Shown: one piece after another, positions 1 to 9,866 of the stretch
How the letters are laid out: each line of letters begins with the position of its first letter
How positions within the stretch are numbered: position 1 is the stretch's first letter
Program-made: the position numbers and the translations under genes
NCBI GenBank assembly: GCA_963678315.1
Contig: OY782781.1
Span: 320,001-384,000, forward strand
Reading direction: 5' to 3'
DNA from: Candidatus Cloacimonadales bacterium
GTDB taxonomy: Bacteria > Cloacimonadota > Cloacimonadia > Cloacimonadales > JAFGVF01
DNA length: 64,000 nt
The notes under the pieces: generated by a model
What the model was told of the DNA's origin: nothing
The model's input: the letters and a program-made list of their open reading frames with translations, nothing else
Databases searched by the model: none

Positions 1-166
1 GTCAATTAATTTTTCTATATAACAATTATATAGCTAAATAAATTCGTCAAATTAATTAATCATCACTAATATATACAAATCATTATTTTCCAGTAATTTC
101 TTCTATAAATCTAAATTCTTATATTTCCTCATTAAACACAATAAATCTTTGCTTATCAATACATTG

Positions 167-988
167 TTATTTTTTGAAATTCCACTCATCAGTCGAATAT
201 TTATTTTTTATAAGTTTTTCAACTAGTTCTTGTTCGAATGCTTCCAAACTTTTGATTATTGTAAATTCATCATTATCCCAAGCTTGCATAAATCCTTTAA
301 TCAAGCAATTTACAGCAGAATTATAATCAATTGGAGTAGAAAGAACTTGGTTAATTGAAACAGTTTTTCTATTCATCATATCTGCCAATCTTTTTCTCAA
401 ATTATTATTTAAGTTTGGCATTAACTGAGCAATTTCACTTTGATTTTCTTGAAAAATAATTGAACCATGTTGCAAAAGAACATCATTAGCCCTTGCTTGA
501 GCAGATCCAACAATTTTTTTACCTTCTACAGCTAGTTCATACTTTGAGGATGAGTTAAAACATGGGTTAACAGCTTCTCTTTGAGAAAAGGAAGTTAAGG
601 TCTTTTGCTCAAACTCTACATTAATTCCCATTTTCTTAAGTCCTTCTGCTAAAGCATTACTAATTTTGCCATAGCTTTGAAGAACATTCCCTGAGAGCTT
701 GTCTGAAGTAGGAGCAATTACAGCATAAGTAATTTCATCCTTATGCAAGACTAATCTTCCACCTGTTGGTCTTCTTACAAATCCGTAGCCTTTCTCATTC
801 AAGACATCAAAATCCACTTCCTTCTTTGCACATTGGTTATAGCCAAGTGAAAGACTAGCAGGTTCCCAATCATAAAATCTGATTAAAGGAAGTGATTTGC
901 CTTGTTGAATCAACTGAAATACAGCATCATCTATAGCCATATTTTCAGCAGGACTAAGTTTTCCGTTTGTAAGAATTCTCCATTTCAT
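167..988 (-). CDS. lipoate-protein ligase / octanoyltransferase (LplA/LipM family)
   Basis: NMAID, RRPTGGRLVLH, GKKIVGSAQ and LQHGSI motifs of the BPL/LplA/LipB family. Confidence 0.9.
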   Translation of the reverse strand: MKWRILTNGKLSPAENMAIDDAVFQLIQQGKSLPLIRFYDWEPASLSLGYNQCAKKEVDFDVLNEKGYGFVRRPTGGRLVLHKDEITYAVIAPTSDKLSGNVLQSYGKISNALAEGLKKMGINVEFEQKTLTSFSQREAVNPCFNSSSKYELAVEGKKIVGSAQARANDVLLQHGSIIFQENQSEIAQLMPNLNNNLRKRLADMMNRKTVSINQVLSTPIDYNSAVNCLIKGFMQAWDNDEFTIIKSLEAFEQELVEKLIKNKYSTDEWNFKK

Positions 989-991
989 AGT

Positions 992-2008
992 TTAGTATAA
1001 CATCCTAACTTTTTCATCTTTGGTATTTTCTTCAATATTTCCAATTATTGAAGCACCATGTTTTCCTATCAACTCATTAGCAATAGTATCATTAGTTACA
1101 ACAATCATTCCTACACCCATATTGAATGCAGAGAACATTTCTTCTTTTTTTATTCCACCAGCACTTTGGAGTACATTATAGATAGTAGGAATTTGCCAAG
1201 TTGCAGTATCAATTACAGCAGTTAGGTTATCTGGAATAACTCTTGAAAGATTTCCAGGAATTCCACCACCAGTAATATGAGCCATACCATGAATATCAAC
1301 AGGGTTTGCCCATTGTTTTAATTCATGTAGGTATGATTTATGAACTTTGAGCATTGCTTGAGCAACACTTTCATTAACATCAGGAATTATTGAATCAACA
1401 TTAAGATTCATTTTTTCAAACAGAATTTTTCTTGCTAAAGAATAACCATTAGTATGTAGACCTGTTGAAGGTAATCCTAGAACTAAATCACCTTTCTTTA
1501 TCTTTTCACCTGTTATGATATTTGATTTTTCAACCATACCAACAATAGTACCAGCTAAATCAAAATCTTCTACAGAGTAGATACCTGGCATTTCAGCCAT
1601 TTCGCCACCGATTAGAGCCATTTCATTTTCTTTACAAGCTTTAGCAAAACCGAAAATTATTTTTTCCATAACTTCAGGATCAAGTTTTCCAACACCTACA
1701 TAATCCAAGAAGTATTGAGGAATAGCACCTTGAACAAAAATATCATTAACACAGTGATTAACTAAATCTTGTCCAACAGTATCATACACTCCAGCCATTC
1801 TTGCGATAATAATTTTTGTACCAACACCATCGGCACTTGATACAAGAACTGGTTCTTTCCATACACTCAAGTCTACTTGAAAGAGTCCACCAAAACCACC
1901 AATATGTGAAAGAACATTTTTGTTAAAAGTATTTTTAACAAGTGGTTTGATTCTATTCACTGAATCTGTTCCAGCTTTTATATCAACTCCTGCACTTTTA
2001 TAATCCAT
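992..2008 (-). CDS. purM: phosphoribosylformylglycinamidine cyclo-ligase
   Basis: YKSAGVDI, DGVGTK, GGEMAEMPG, GLHTNGYSL, HITGGG, FNMGVG motifs. Confidence 0.97.
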   Translation of the reverse strand: MDYKSAGVDIKAGTDSVNRIKPLVKNTFNKNVLSHIGGFGGLFQVDLSVWKEPVLVSSADGVGTKIIIARMAGVYDTVGQDLVNHCVNDIFVQGAIPQYFLDYVGVGKLDPEVMEKIIFGFAKACKENEMALIGGEMAEMPGIYSVEDFDLAGTIVGMVEKSNIITGEKIKKGDLVLGLPSTGLHTNGYSLARKILFEKMNLNVDSIIPDVNESVAQAMLKVHKSYLHELKQWANPVDIHGMAHITGGGIPGNLSRVIPDNLTAVIDTATWQIPTIYNVLQSAGGIKKEEMFSAFNMGVGMIVVTNDTIANELIGKHGASIIGNIEENTKDEKVRMLY

Positions 2009-2026
2009 CTTTTCCTCTTAATATCT

Positions 2027-2923
2027 TTATATTTTCATGTATTTAATTAGTTCTAATTTCATGGAATCTATTAGTTCAGCATCAATCTTTTTAAGTGTTT
2101 CAACACTAAATGATTGAATATTATTTCCTGCTGTTATAGTACCGTAAATTGCAGCTTCTTTCAGGTTATCAAAATCATATTTACCAATCTTTGCTAAATA
2201 ACCAACAAATCCACCAGCAAAGCTATCTCCAGCACCAGTTGGATCTACAACTTCCCTAACTGGATAAACTGGAACAAAGAATAAGTCATCATTAGATGCT
2301 ACAATAGCACCATATTCTCCACGCTTAACAACAACATACTTTAAACCTAAAGCAAGAACTTCTTCTATTGCCTTAAAAATGTTGCTTTCTTGACAGTAAG
2401 ATTTAAGTTCATCTTCATTTATAAAAAGAAGATCAACTTTCTTTATTACTTCTGTTAGTTCTGTTTTAGTATTATCTATCCATAAATTCATTGTGTCCAT
2501 TGCAATCAAATCACTTTTTTCTATTTGTTTCAGCACATCTAATTGAAGTTGTGGATGGATATTACCAAGAAATGTCACTCTATTAACCTTACTTGAATCT
2601 GTTAATTCTGGTTTAAAATCAGCAAATACATTAAGTTGAGTATCAAGTGTTTGAGCTTGATTTAAATCTTTATATTCACCTTTCCATTTAAAGGTCTGAC
2701 CTTGGACTTTTTTTAGCCCTTCAATATTTATCCTATTTTCATTTAATAATTCAATATGTTGCTGAGGAAAGTCCTCTCCGACCACCCCAATAATTGCAAC
2801 ATCAGTGAAGTTACTTCCTGCTAAAGATGCATATATTGCAGAACCACCTAAAACATCACTAACTGTTCCAGATGGTGTTGATATTGAATCTAAAGCTATT
2901 GATCCGACTATTACTAAACTCAT
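2027..2923 (-). CDS. PfkB/ribokinase-family carbohydrate kinase
   Basis: N-terminal GSIALD...GGSA and C-terminal DPTGAGDSFAGG PfkB signature. Confidence 0.9.
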   Translation of the reverse strand: MSLVIVGSIALDSISTPSGTVSDVLGGSAIYASLAGSNFTDVAIIGVVGEDFPQQHIELLNENRINIEGLKKVQGQTFKWKGEYKDLNQAQTLDTQLNVFADFKPELTDSSKVNRVTFLGNIHPQLQLDVLKQIEKSDLIAMDTMNLWIDNTKTELTEVIKKVDLLFINEDELKSYCQESNIFKAIEEVLALGLKYVVVKRGEYGAIVASNDDLFFVPVYPVREVVDPTGAGDSFAGGFVGYLAKIGKYDFDNLKEAAIYGTITAGNNIQSFSVETLKKIDAELIDSMKLELIKYMKI

Positions 2924-3129
2924 TTATTCTCCTGAACTTGTTCTACATTCGGTTCGCTTCCTTGAAATATATTCCAAAAGACATCAAATTTGCTATTAGT
3001 TGTTCTTGATAGAAGCAATACTATAAAAAACAGCAATAGTACCATATATAATAAACGGGTCCAACCTTTCGAGGCTTGTTCACGTCTCTTATTTCTAGCT
3101 TCTTCTATCTTCTCTTTTAATTGCCTCAT
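2920..3129 (-). CDS. small single-pass membrane protein, unknown function
   Basis: GGAG RBS, basic N-terminus plus one hydrophobic helix, 4-nt overlap with the next gene. Confidence 0.7.
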   Translation of the reverse strand: MRQLKEKIEEARNKRREQASKGWTRLLYMVLLLFFIVLLLSRTTNSKFDVFWNIFQGSEPNVEQVQENK

Positions 3130-3160
3130 ACATAACTCCTAATGTAATTTTTATTCCTAA

Positions 3161-3203
3161 AAGAAAAAATGGTTACCCACTAAGCGAAAGCAAGTAACCA
3201 TTT
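3161..3203 (-). terminator. probable intrinsic terminator after the aminotransferase gene
   Basis: AAATGGTTAC/GTAACCATTT inverted repeat with a U-run on the minus strand. Confidence 0.55.
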
Positions 3204-3213
3204 ACCATTAATT

Positions 3214-4413
3214 CTATGTTAAAAGAGATTTAAGACCTTCTTCAAATCTCTTCACACCTTCTTTTAAATTGTCCATACTGTTTGCATACGAGAACCTTGT
3301 TAACACTTTATTACCAAAAGCAGAACCAGGAACAATAGCAATTTTATAATTTTCTAACAGATAGCTGCAAAGCTCTACATCTGTCTTAATATTTTTTACA
3401 TTATTGTTAAGATAATATTCAATATTTGTCATTATATAGAAAGCACCTTGTGGAGAAGTTGTTGATATATGATCAATTTTATTCAATCCTTCTACCATGA
3501 ATGCTTTTCTTTTCTCAAATTCAAGTCTCATCTTTTCGATTGAACCGTCATCATCGTTCAATGCTGTAACAGTAGCTTTTTGAGTTACTGAGTTAACACA
3601 GGAAGTAGTATGACCTTGAATCCTACCCGCAGCAGCAATTATTTCTTTTGGCCCTACAGAATAACCTAATCTCCAACCTGTCATAGCATAGGCTTTTGAA
3701 ACACCATTAATTATTACCGTGATATCTTTGAATTCAGCTTTTAATGAAGCAATCGATACATGTTCAGCTCCATCATATACTAACTTCTCATATATTTCAT
3801 CAGCAATAATCAAGATATTGTGTTTAAGGCAAACATTGCCAATAACCAAAAGTTCTTCTTTGCTATAAATAGCACCTGTTGGATTATTTGGATTATTAAG
3901 CATTAAAGCCTTAACATTTGGGTTTGCTTGAATCAACCTATCTAATTCTTCTGCATTAACTTTGAAGTTATCTTCTTCTTTAGTCTCCAAGAAAAGAGGA
4001 AGACCCCCTGCGATATCAACTTGATCTGGATAAGAAACCCAGTAAGGAGAAGGAATAATAACTTGGTCGCCAGCATCACAGATAGCAATCAGAATATTAA
4101 CAATAGAAGCTTTAGCACCAGGAGATACAAGCACTTGGCTAGCATCATAATCTAAGCCATATTCTCTTTTAAACTTATCGCACACTGCTTGTCTTAGTTC
4201 AACAATACCTGGAGTAGGAGTATATCTAGTAAAATTATCTTCAATAGCTTTAAGTCCTGCATTCTTAATATAGTCAGGAGTATTAAAATCTGGTTCACCT
4301 ACGCCAAAGTTGATAACATCAATACCTTTAGCCATGTATGATTTTGCCTTAGCCATAACAGCTAAAGTAGGAGAAGGTTTGATTCCCCTTGCCTTATTTG
4401 ATAATTTAATCAT
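3214..4413 (-). CDS. PLP-dependent class I aminotransferase (aspartate aminotransferase-like)
   Basis: GEPDF, NNPNNPTG, DEIY and SKAYAMTGWRLG motifs. Confidence 0.93.
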   Translation of the reverse strand: MIKLSNKARGIKPSPTLAVMAKAKSYMAKGIDVINFGVGEPDFNTPDYIKNAGLKAIEDNFTRYTPTPGIVELRQAVCDKFKREYGLDYDASQVLVSPGAKASIVNILIAICDAGDQVIIPSPYWVSYPDQVDIAGGLPLFLETKEEDNFKVNAEELDRLIQANPNVKALMLNNPNNPTGAIYSKEELLVIGNVCLKHNILIIADEIYEKLVYDGAEHVSIASLKAEFKDITVIINGVSKAYAMTGWRLGYSVGPKEIIAAAGRIQGHTTSCVNSVTQKATVTALNDDDGSIEKMRLEFEKRKAFMVEGLNKIDHISTTSPQGAFYIMTNIEYYLNNNVKNIKTDVELCSYLLENYKIAIVPGSAFGNKVLTRFSYANSMDNLKEGVKRFEEGLKSLLT

Positions 4414-4424
4414 GACGACCTCGT

Positions 4425-5414
4425 TTATTTAGACATTAATAAAACTAAAGCAGATGTATTAACAATATCTTCAGCAGAACAGCCACGTGATAAGTCACAG
4501 ATAGGTGCTGCTAAACCTTGAATAACTGGACCTATAGCCTCAGCTTTAGCAAATCTTTGCACAAGTTTATAGCCAATATTACCAGCTTGTAAGTCAGGGA
4601 AGATTAATACGTTTGCATTTCCAGCAACATTACTTCCAGGAGCTTTCTTGCTACCAATAGCAGGAATGATAGCAGCATCAGCTTGTAATTCACCATCTAT
4701 TTCAAAGTCAACACCTCTAGATTTTACAATATCTAGAGCTGAAATTACTTTGTCAGCAAGTTCATGTTTAGCTGAACCTTTTGATGAGAATGAAAGAAGA
4801 GCAACCTTAGGCTCATCTCCAATCAAACTTTTTCTTGTTTCAGCAGTAGAGATAGCAATATCAGCTAGCTGTTCATCTGTAGGATTAGGAACAACAGCAC
4901 AATCGCCAAATAGGAAAATTCTATCTTGACCTAAGAAGTCAGGAGTCACCATAATAAAGCTTGATGATACAGTCTTGAGTCCTGCTTTTACACCAACTAC
5001 TTGTAAGGCTGCTTTTAAAACATCACCTGTTGTATTTACAGCACCAGCAACCATACCATTAACTCTGCCAAATTTTACAGCTAAAGCACCAAAGAATAAA
5101 GGCTGTCTAACTATTTCAGCAGCTTGCTCTCTAGTAATACCTTTCTTTTTCCTTTTTTCATAGAAAAAGTCTGTAGATTCTTCAATAAAAGGACATTCAT
5201 TAGGATTCCATATACTTGCTCCTTCGATGTCATAGCCTTTTTCTTTTGCGAAAGCTTTTACTTCAGCTACATCACCAACTAAAACAACTTTAGCCATTCC
5301 TTCTTTAAGGATTTGCTCTGTTGCTGCTAGAGTTCTTTCATCGAAAGATTCTGGTAAAATTATAGAACCTTGAACGTCTTTTGCTTTTGATTTGAATTGG
5401 TTAATAATATCCAT
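4425..5414 (-). CDS. pta: phosphate acetyltransferase
   Basis: LSFSSKGSA, DGELQADAA, FPDLQAGNIGYK, DLSRGC. Confidence 0.96.
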   Translation of the reverse strand: MDIINQFKSKAKDVQGSIILPESFDERTLAATEQILKEGMAKVVLVGDVAEVKAFAKEKGYDIEGASIWNPNECPFIEESTDFFYEKRKKKGITREQAAEIVRQPLFFGALAVKFGRVNGMVAGAVNTTGDVLKAALQVVGVKAGLKTVSSSFIMVTPDFLGQDRIFLFGDCAVVPNPTDEQLADIAISTAETRKSLIGDEPKVALLSFSSKGSAKHELADKVISALDIVKSRGVDFEIDGELQADAAIIPAIGSKKAPGSNVAGNANVLIFPDLQAGNIGYKLVQRFAKAEAIGPVIQGLAAPICDLSRGCSAEDIVNTSALVLLMSK

Positions 5415-5443
5415 TTCAATCTCCTATTTATCTTTTTTTTGTT

Positions 5444-7528
5444 TTAATTCTCTACAACAATTTTCTCAAGATCTGCAATCTTCATAAATACAGATTTAAC
5501 AAAATATAATAAGTTATAACGGTTATTTTTTACTGTTTCATCTTCAGCGTTAACCATTACATTATCGAAGAAATTGTCTATTATACTTCTTGCTGAAACT
5601 AATATTTTCATTGCTTGATTATATGAAGAGCTTGCAAGATATTCTTCTATAGAAGAAATATTATCTTGGAAATAAGAATATAGTTTCTTTTCAACATCTT
5701 CTTCTAGTTTAGTATCATCAACATCAGCAAAGTCTTTGACTTTACTAATAATATTGGCTACCCTCTTATAACCTAACACCAAACCTTCAAAATCTTGACT
5801 ACCTTTAAAGTTTTGGATAGCTAATGCTCTCTTTTTTATTTCACCAATGTATCTAAAATCAAAGTCTAATACACTATCAATAACATCATAAGCTATCTCT
5901 TCTTCTTCAAGAAGCCATTTTACTCTTTGCTTAAAGAAGTTGTAGGTAAATTCTTTGTTATGATTTTCTTCTTTTAATTTGCCTTTTAGTTGATTAAAGG
6001 CTACATCTATTAATCTGAAAATATCAATATTCCAATCTCTTTCATTAAGAATTTTAACAATTCCATTAGCAGCTCTTCTTAGAGCAAATGGGTCATTAGA
6101 ACCTGTAGGTATTAAGTCAACACCAATAATGCCACAGACTGTATCTAGTTTATCTGCAATAGCAGCAACAGCCCCTGTTATAGTTGTTGGTAAACCATCA
6201 TTCTGACCTCTAGGTGAATAATGCTCATAAATACCCAAAGCAACATCAGCTTCTTCACCTGATAATTCAGCATACTTCATACCCATGTAACCTTGAAGCT
6301 TAGTAAATTCTTTTTCTCCAAGCATCAAAGTAACTAAATCAGCTTTAGCAAGCAATACTGTTCTTAAAACTTGCTCTCTATTATTTAAATCCAAGCTATC
6401 ACATATATACTTAGCAATTTCAAGGCATCTATTTGTTTTTTCAAAAGTAGTCCCTAAGTCTTGTTGGAAAGTAACATCTTTTAATCTTTCAACATAACTT
6501 TCTAAGCTATTCTTTCTATCTTCATTAAAGAAGAATTCCGCATCTTCCAGTCTTGCTGTTATAACTTTCTCGTTTCCTCTTCTTATTATATCAGAATATT
6601 CTGGATTACCATTTGATATAAAACAGAATTCATTACATAAGTTTCCCTCTTCATCTACTACAGAAAAGTATTTTTGGTTCTGACTAATAGTTGAGGTTAT
6701 TATTTTATCTGGAAGAGCTAAGTACTTTTCATCAAAGGAACCAATCACTGCTGTTGGATATTCCACTAAGTCTGTAACAACTTCTAAAAGTTTCTTATCC
6801 TCAATAATATTTTTAGAACTATTCTTATAAAGTTCTGCAATTTGTTTTTCTATAAGCTTGATTCTCTCTTCCCTATCAGCTATTATTGAAATAGAGCGTA
6901 AAGTTTCTAAATACATCTTAGCTTCAAATACTTCTTTTGTTACTTCAAAATCAATATATCTATTACCCAAGACTCTTCTATTAGATTCTAAACCGTTGAA
7001 TGTAAAAGGAACCACATCACTTCCCATTAGAAGTACAATATTTCGTATTGGTCTAGCAAAAGTTATTTTACCCGCCCCCCACTTCATTGATTTTGGACTT
7101 GGTATCCCTTTAATTAAGTCTTCTAAGAAAGAAGTAATTATTTCGGTTGCTTTCTTACCTTTTATTTCTTTCTTATATGCGATATATTCACCTTTAGGTG
7201 TTGTCATAAAGAACATATCATCTTCACTACAGCCTGCACCTCGTAAAAATCCTGCTCCAGCTTTTGAAAGAGAACCATCTTCTTGAACTGCTATTCTCTT
7301 TGCTGGACCCATCTTTTCAACAAGCTCATCTGCTTGCTGAACTTGTAAATTTTCTACTAAGATTGCAAATCTTTTTGGTGTTGTGAAGCTTTCTATTTTA
7401 TCATAAGCTAATTTAGCATCCTTAAATTCTTGTTTAAATCTTTTTAATATGTACTTTTCTGCGTTTTTAATATATCCTGCAGGAATCTCCTCGACTCCTA
7501 ATTCAAATAAGAAATCCTTTTTATTCAT
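5444..7528 (-). CDS. glyS: glycine--tRNA ligase beta subunit
   Basis: FLFELGVEEIP, TPKR, PTGSNDPFALRR, FFDNVMVN. Confidence 0.96.
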   Translation of the reverse strand: MNKKDFLFELGVEEIPAGYIKNAEKYILKRFKQEFKDAKLAYDKIESFTTPKRFAILVENLQVQQADELVEKMGPAKRIAVQEDGSLSKAGAGFLRGAGCSEDDMFFMTTPKGEYIAYKKEIKGKKATEIITSFLEDLIKGIPSPKSMKWGAGKITFARPIRNIVLLMGSDVVPFTFNGLESNRRVLGNRYIDFEVTKEVFEAKMYLETLRSISIIADREERIKLIEKQIAELYKNSSKNIIEDKKLLEVVTDLVEYPTAVIGSFDEKYLALPDKIITSTISQNQKYFSVVDEEGNLCNEFCFISNGNPEYSDIIRRGNEKVITARLEDAEFFFNEDRKNSLESYVERLKDVTFQQDLGTTFEKTNRCLEIAKYICDSLDLNNREQVLRTVLLAKADLVTLMLGEKEFTKLQGYMGMKYAELSGEEADVALGIYEHYSPRGQNDGLPTTITGAVAAIADKLDTVCGIIGVDLIPTGSNDPFALRRAANGIVKILNERDWNIDIFRLIDVAFNQLKGKLKEENHNKEFTYNFFKQRVKWLLEEEEIAYDVIDSVLDFDFRYIGEIKKRALAIQNFKGSQDFEGLVLGYKRVANIISKVKDFADVDDTKLEEDVEKKLYSYFQDNISSIEEYLASSSYNQAMKILVSARSIIDNFFDNVMVNAEDETVKNNRYNLLYFVKSVFMKIADLEKIVVEN

Positions 7529-7555
7529 CTATATACTCCGAAATAATACTTTTTT

Positions 7556-8545
7556 TTAGAATTGATATTTTACTGTTACTTGATTAACAAAACCTAAGTC
7601 ACCATAAGAATTTATTGCATAATCAATTTTTATATTGTTTCTTACAAAACCTACACCTGTGGATAAACCTGACATTGCTTCATAATCGCCACCAGTTTTC
7701 CAGTCGTCTGAGTTGCTTTTATAACCCAATCTTACAAAGAACATTTTATGAACATGGATATCAGCGCCTAAAACACCATAAAAATCACTACCTTTAGGCA
7801 TATTAACATCAAGAGCTAAAAGCATAGTTGGCTTAAATCCATCTTTATTTATTTTTTTACTTAAATCAAACCTATATGATATACCACCTGAATAAGTCAT
7901 AGGCAAATTCTCTTTATACTCATCATCAGAAAAATAAGTAAGCTGACTTCCTAAATTCTTGATTGATGCTCCCACTCTCATTCTCTCATTGGCAGGTCTA
8001 TGCAGAAGGCCCAAATCAAAAGCTATAGCTGATGCATCATTACCATCAATTGATTCCATAATATACTTAGCATTAACACCTAGATTAATCGCTTCATTAA
8101 AATAATATGAATAGTTTGCACCTATAGTCAGATCTGAGGATGTGAATGTTCCATCTTCATAATACCCACCAGAAGCAGACTCTACTGTCTTAGTAATTTC
8201 ATCACTAGCCAAATACTGAGTAAAAAAAGCTACATTCGCCTTTTTTGATCTTGCAAACTGATAAACAAGTGAACCACCATTATATCCATCAAAATAGTTC
8301 ATAAATGTTGTAGAAACTTCTCTCTTATTCTTGTACCTTGCTAAGTTAGCAGGATTATAGAAAACTGCATCTATATCATCATCAAGTGATGTAAAAGCAC
8401 CACCCATTGAATTTGCCCTTGCTGAATATACTATCTTTAAGCTGTTAAATCCTGTAGTTCCTGCATCATCACTTATTCCCAATAAAGTACCCACCAACAT
8501 AACCAAAGTTATTGTAATTATAGCTTTCATAATCCTATTCATCAA
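7556..8545 (-). CDS. PorV/PorQ-like (FadL-fold) outer-membrane beta-barrel
   Basis: Signal peptide, SARANSMGGA...YNPANL N-terminal motif, C-terminal Phe. Confidence 0.8.
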   Translation of the reverse strand: MMNRIMKAIITITLVMLVGTLLGISDDAGTTGFNSLKIVYSARANSMGGAFTSLDDDIDAVFYNPANLARYKNKREVSTTFMNYFDGYNGGSLVYQFARSKKANVAFFTQYLASDEITKTVESASGGYYEDGTFTSSDLTIGANYSYYFNEAINLGVNAKYIMESIDGNDASAIAFDLGLLHRPANERMRVGASIKNLGSQLTYFSDDEYKENLPMTYSGGISYRFDLSKKINKDGFKPTMLLALDVNMPKGSDFYGVLGADIHVHKMFFVRLGYKSNSDDWKTGGDYEAMSGLSTGVGFVRNNIKIDYAINSYGDLGFVNQVTVKYQF

Positions 8546-8984
8546 TCACTTCCCTCATTATCCTAATAATTTCAGATTTATCTTTTGATGAGATTAGCCT
8601 TTTACGCTTATCATCTTGTCTAACTATTGAATTTACCTTGCCTAACAATGTTCTATATTCATCATCAGCCCCGATTGGAACTGCTGATAAAAAGATTAAA
8701 TTAACCGGCTCATCATCTATTGCTTCGTAATCTACCCCTTGAGGGACTACCCCAATAAACAACTTAACAGAATCCACTGTCCCACTCTTACCGTGTGGGA
8801 AAGCTGTATTTCTACCTAAACCTGTCGTCATTTCCTCTTCTCGTGACCAAACAGCCTTAAAAAGCTCTTCCCCCGATGAGCTAAAACCTGCCTCTTCGAC
8901 ATATTGGCATATTCGGCGTAGAATCTCTTCCTTATTTGAAGCTTCTAAATCAACTTTTATTATTTTTTCATCTATATATTTCAT
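8535..8984 (-). CDS. stand-alone PTS EIIA (fructose/Ntr-type) protein
   Basis: REEEMTTGLGRNTAFPHG phospho-His motif, GVDYEAIDDEPV. Confidence 0.88.
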   Translation of the reverse strand: MKYIDEKIIKVDLEASNKEEILRRICQYVEEAGFSSSGEELFKAVWSREEEMTTGLGRNTAFPHGKSGTVDSVKLFIGVVPQGVDYEAIDDEPVNLIFLSAVPIGADDEYRTLLGKVNSIVRQDDKRKRLISSKDKSEIIRIMREVIDE

Positions 8985-9084
8985 AATTTTTCAAAATACA
9001 TCTTTTCTTAGAAGATATGTAACGTCAATATTTTTCTGTAGCATCAACTTATAAAAGCTTATTTTAGCTTATTTGCTAACAACA

Positions 9085-9802
9085 TTTGATGGAGCTGGAG
9101 TGTAAACATTCACCATCAAAAGCCAGCAAGATGCTGGCGTTCCGACTAATTCAGGCTCTAATCAACCACCTTCAGTCTAAAAAGAACTACATAATTTATT
9201 AGTCCTGAAAGGATGTCATGTATTAAGCTAGGGCCGTGTCAGGCTTTGACTGAGTCTTGTACCCCATGTACAATGAAATAATGTATTGAGTCCTGAAGGG
9301 ACGATATAAATTTTTAGTATGTCTTAGACGATGCAAAATTGATAATCCTTTACATCATTCTTGTTGAATGATGTTTCGCAAGCAGGGACTGTGACAGGCG
9401 AAGACTGTTGCCTGCAAGCCTCTTCTGGGGTGCATTCAATCGTCTTCGCCGATCACGGTCCCTTCTGAATGCGCATCTTTAAACATGCCTGCATGGTTAA
9501 AGGTTAAAGAGAAAATCCTTTACATCATTCTTGTTGAATGATGTTTCGCAAGCAGGGACTGTGACCGGCGTAGACTGTTGCTTGCAACCCAAAACCACTT
9601 CGCAGACAAGGACCGTGTCAGGCCAGACTGATGGTTTAAATCTCAAATCCTTTGATACCCTGTAAGGGTTAATCAACAAAGAGCCCTGGGTCTCAACCCT
9701 GGGTGAAAATAGAAGTGCTTGAGACGTTATGCTAAAACGTCTCTTCTAATTCACTTATAACTGCGTTCTAAGTGAAGCCAGCAAGCTGCTGGCGCTCCCA
9801 GT
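9085..9802. repeat. mosaic palindromic repeat island 1 (REP/BIME-like)
   Basis: Contains GCCAGC-loop-GCTGGC hairpins (9121, 9777), a CCTGAAAGG-type hairpin module (9201-9310), a direct repeat 9344-9417/9514-9587, a long hairpin 9381-9466, and a block 9609-9802 that recurs at 15305-15502. Confidence 0.85.
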
Positions 9803-9816
9803 GTCACCTAACAAAT

Positions 9817-9842
9817 AAAGGCAACCTTTTACAGTTGCCTTT
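9817..9842 (-). terminator. intrinsic terminator after the GLUG surface-protein gene
   Basis: AAAGGCAAC/GTTGCCTTT stem about 25 nt past the stop codon. Confidence 0.65.
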
Positions 9843-9866
9843 GCACAATAAACAGGGAGATGTTTA

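Noticed and set aside
9497..9679. 60-aa minus-strand ORF
   Set aside because: Lies entirely within palindromic repeat modules; no RBS or homology cues
9344..9802. Possible integron attC sites or gene cassettes
   Set aside because: No convincing RYYYAAC...GTTRRRY-bounded long hairpin, no cassette-sized ORFs between repeats, and no integrase
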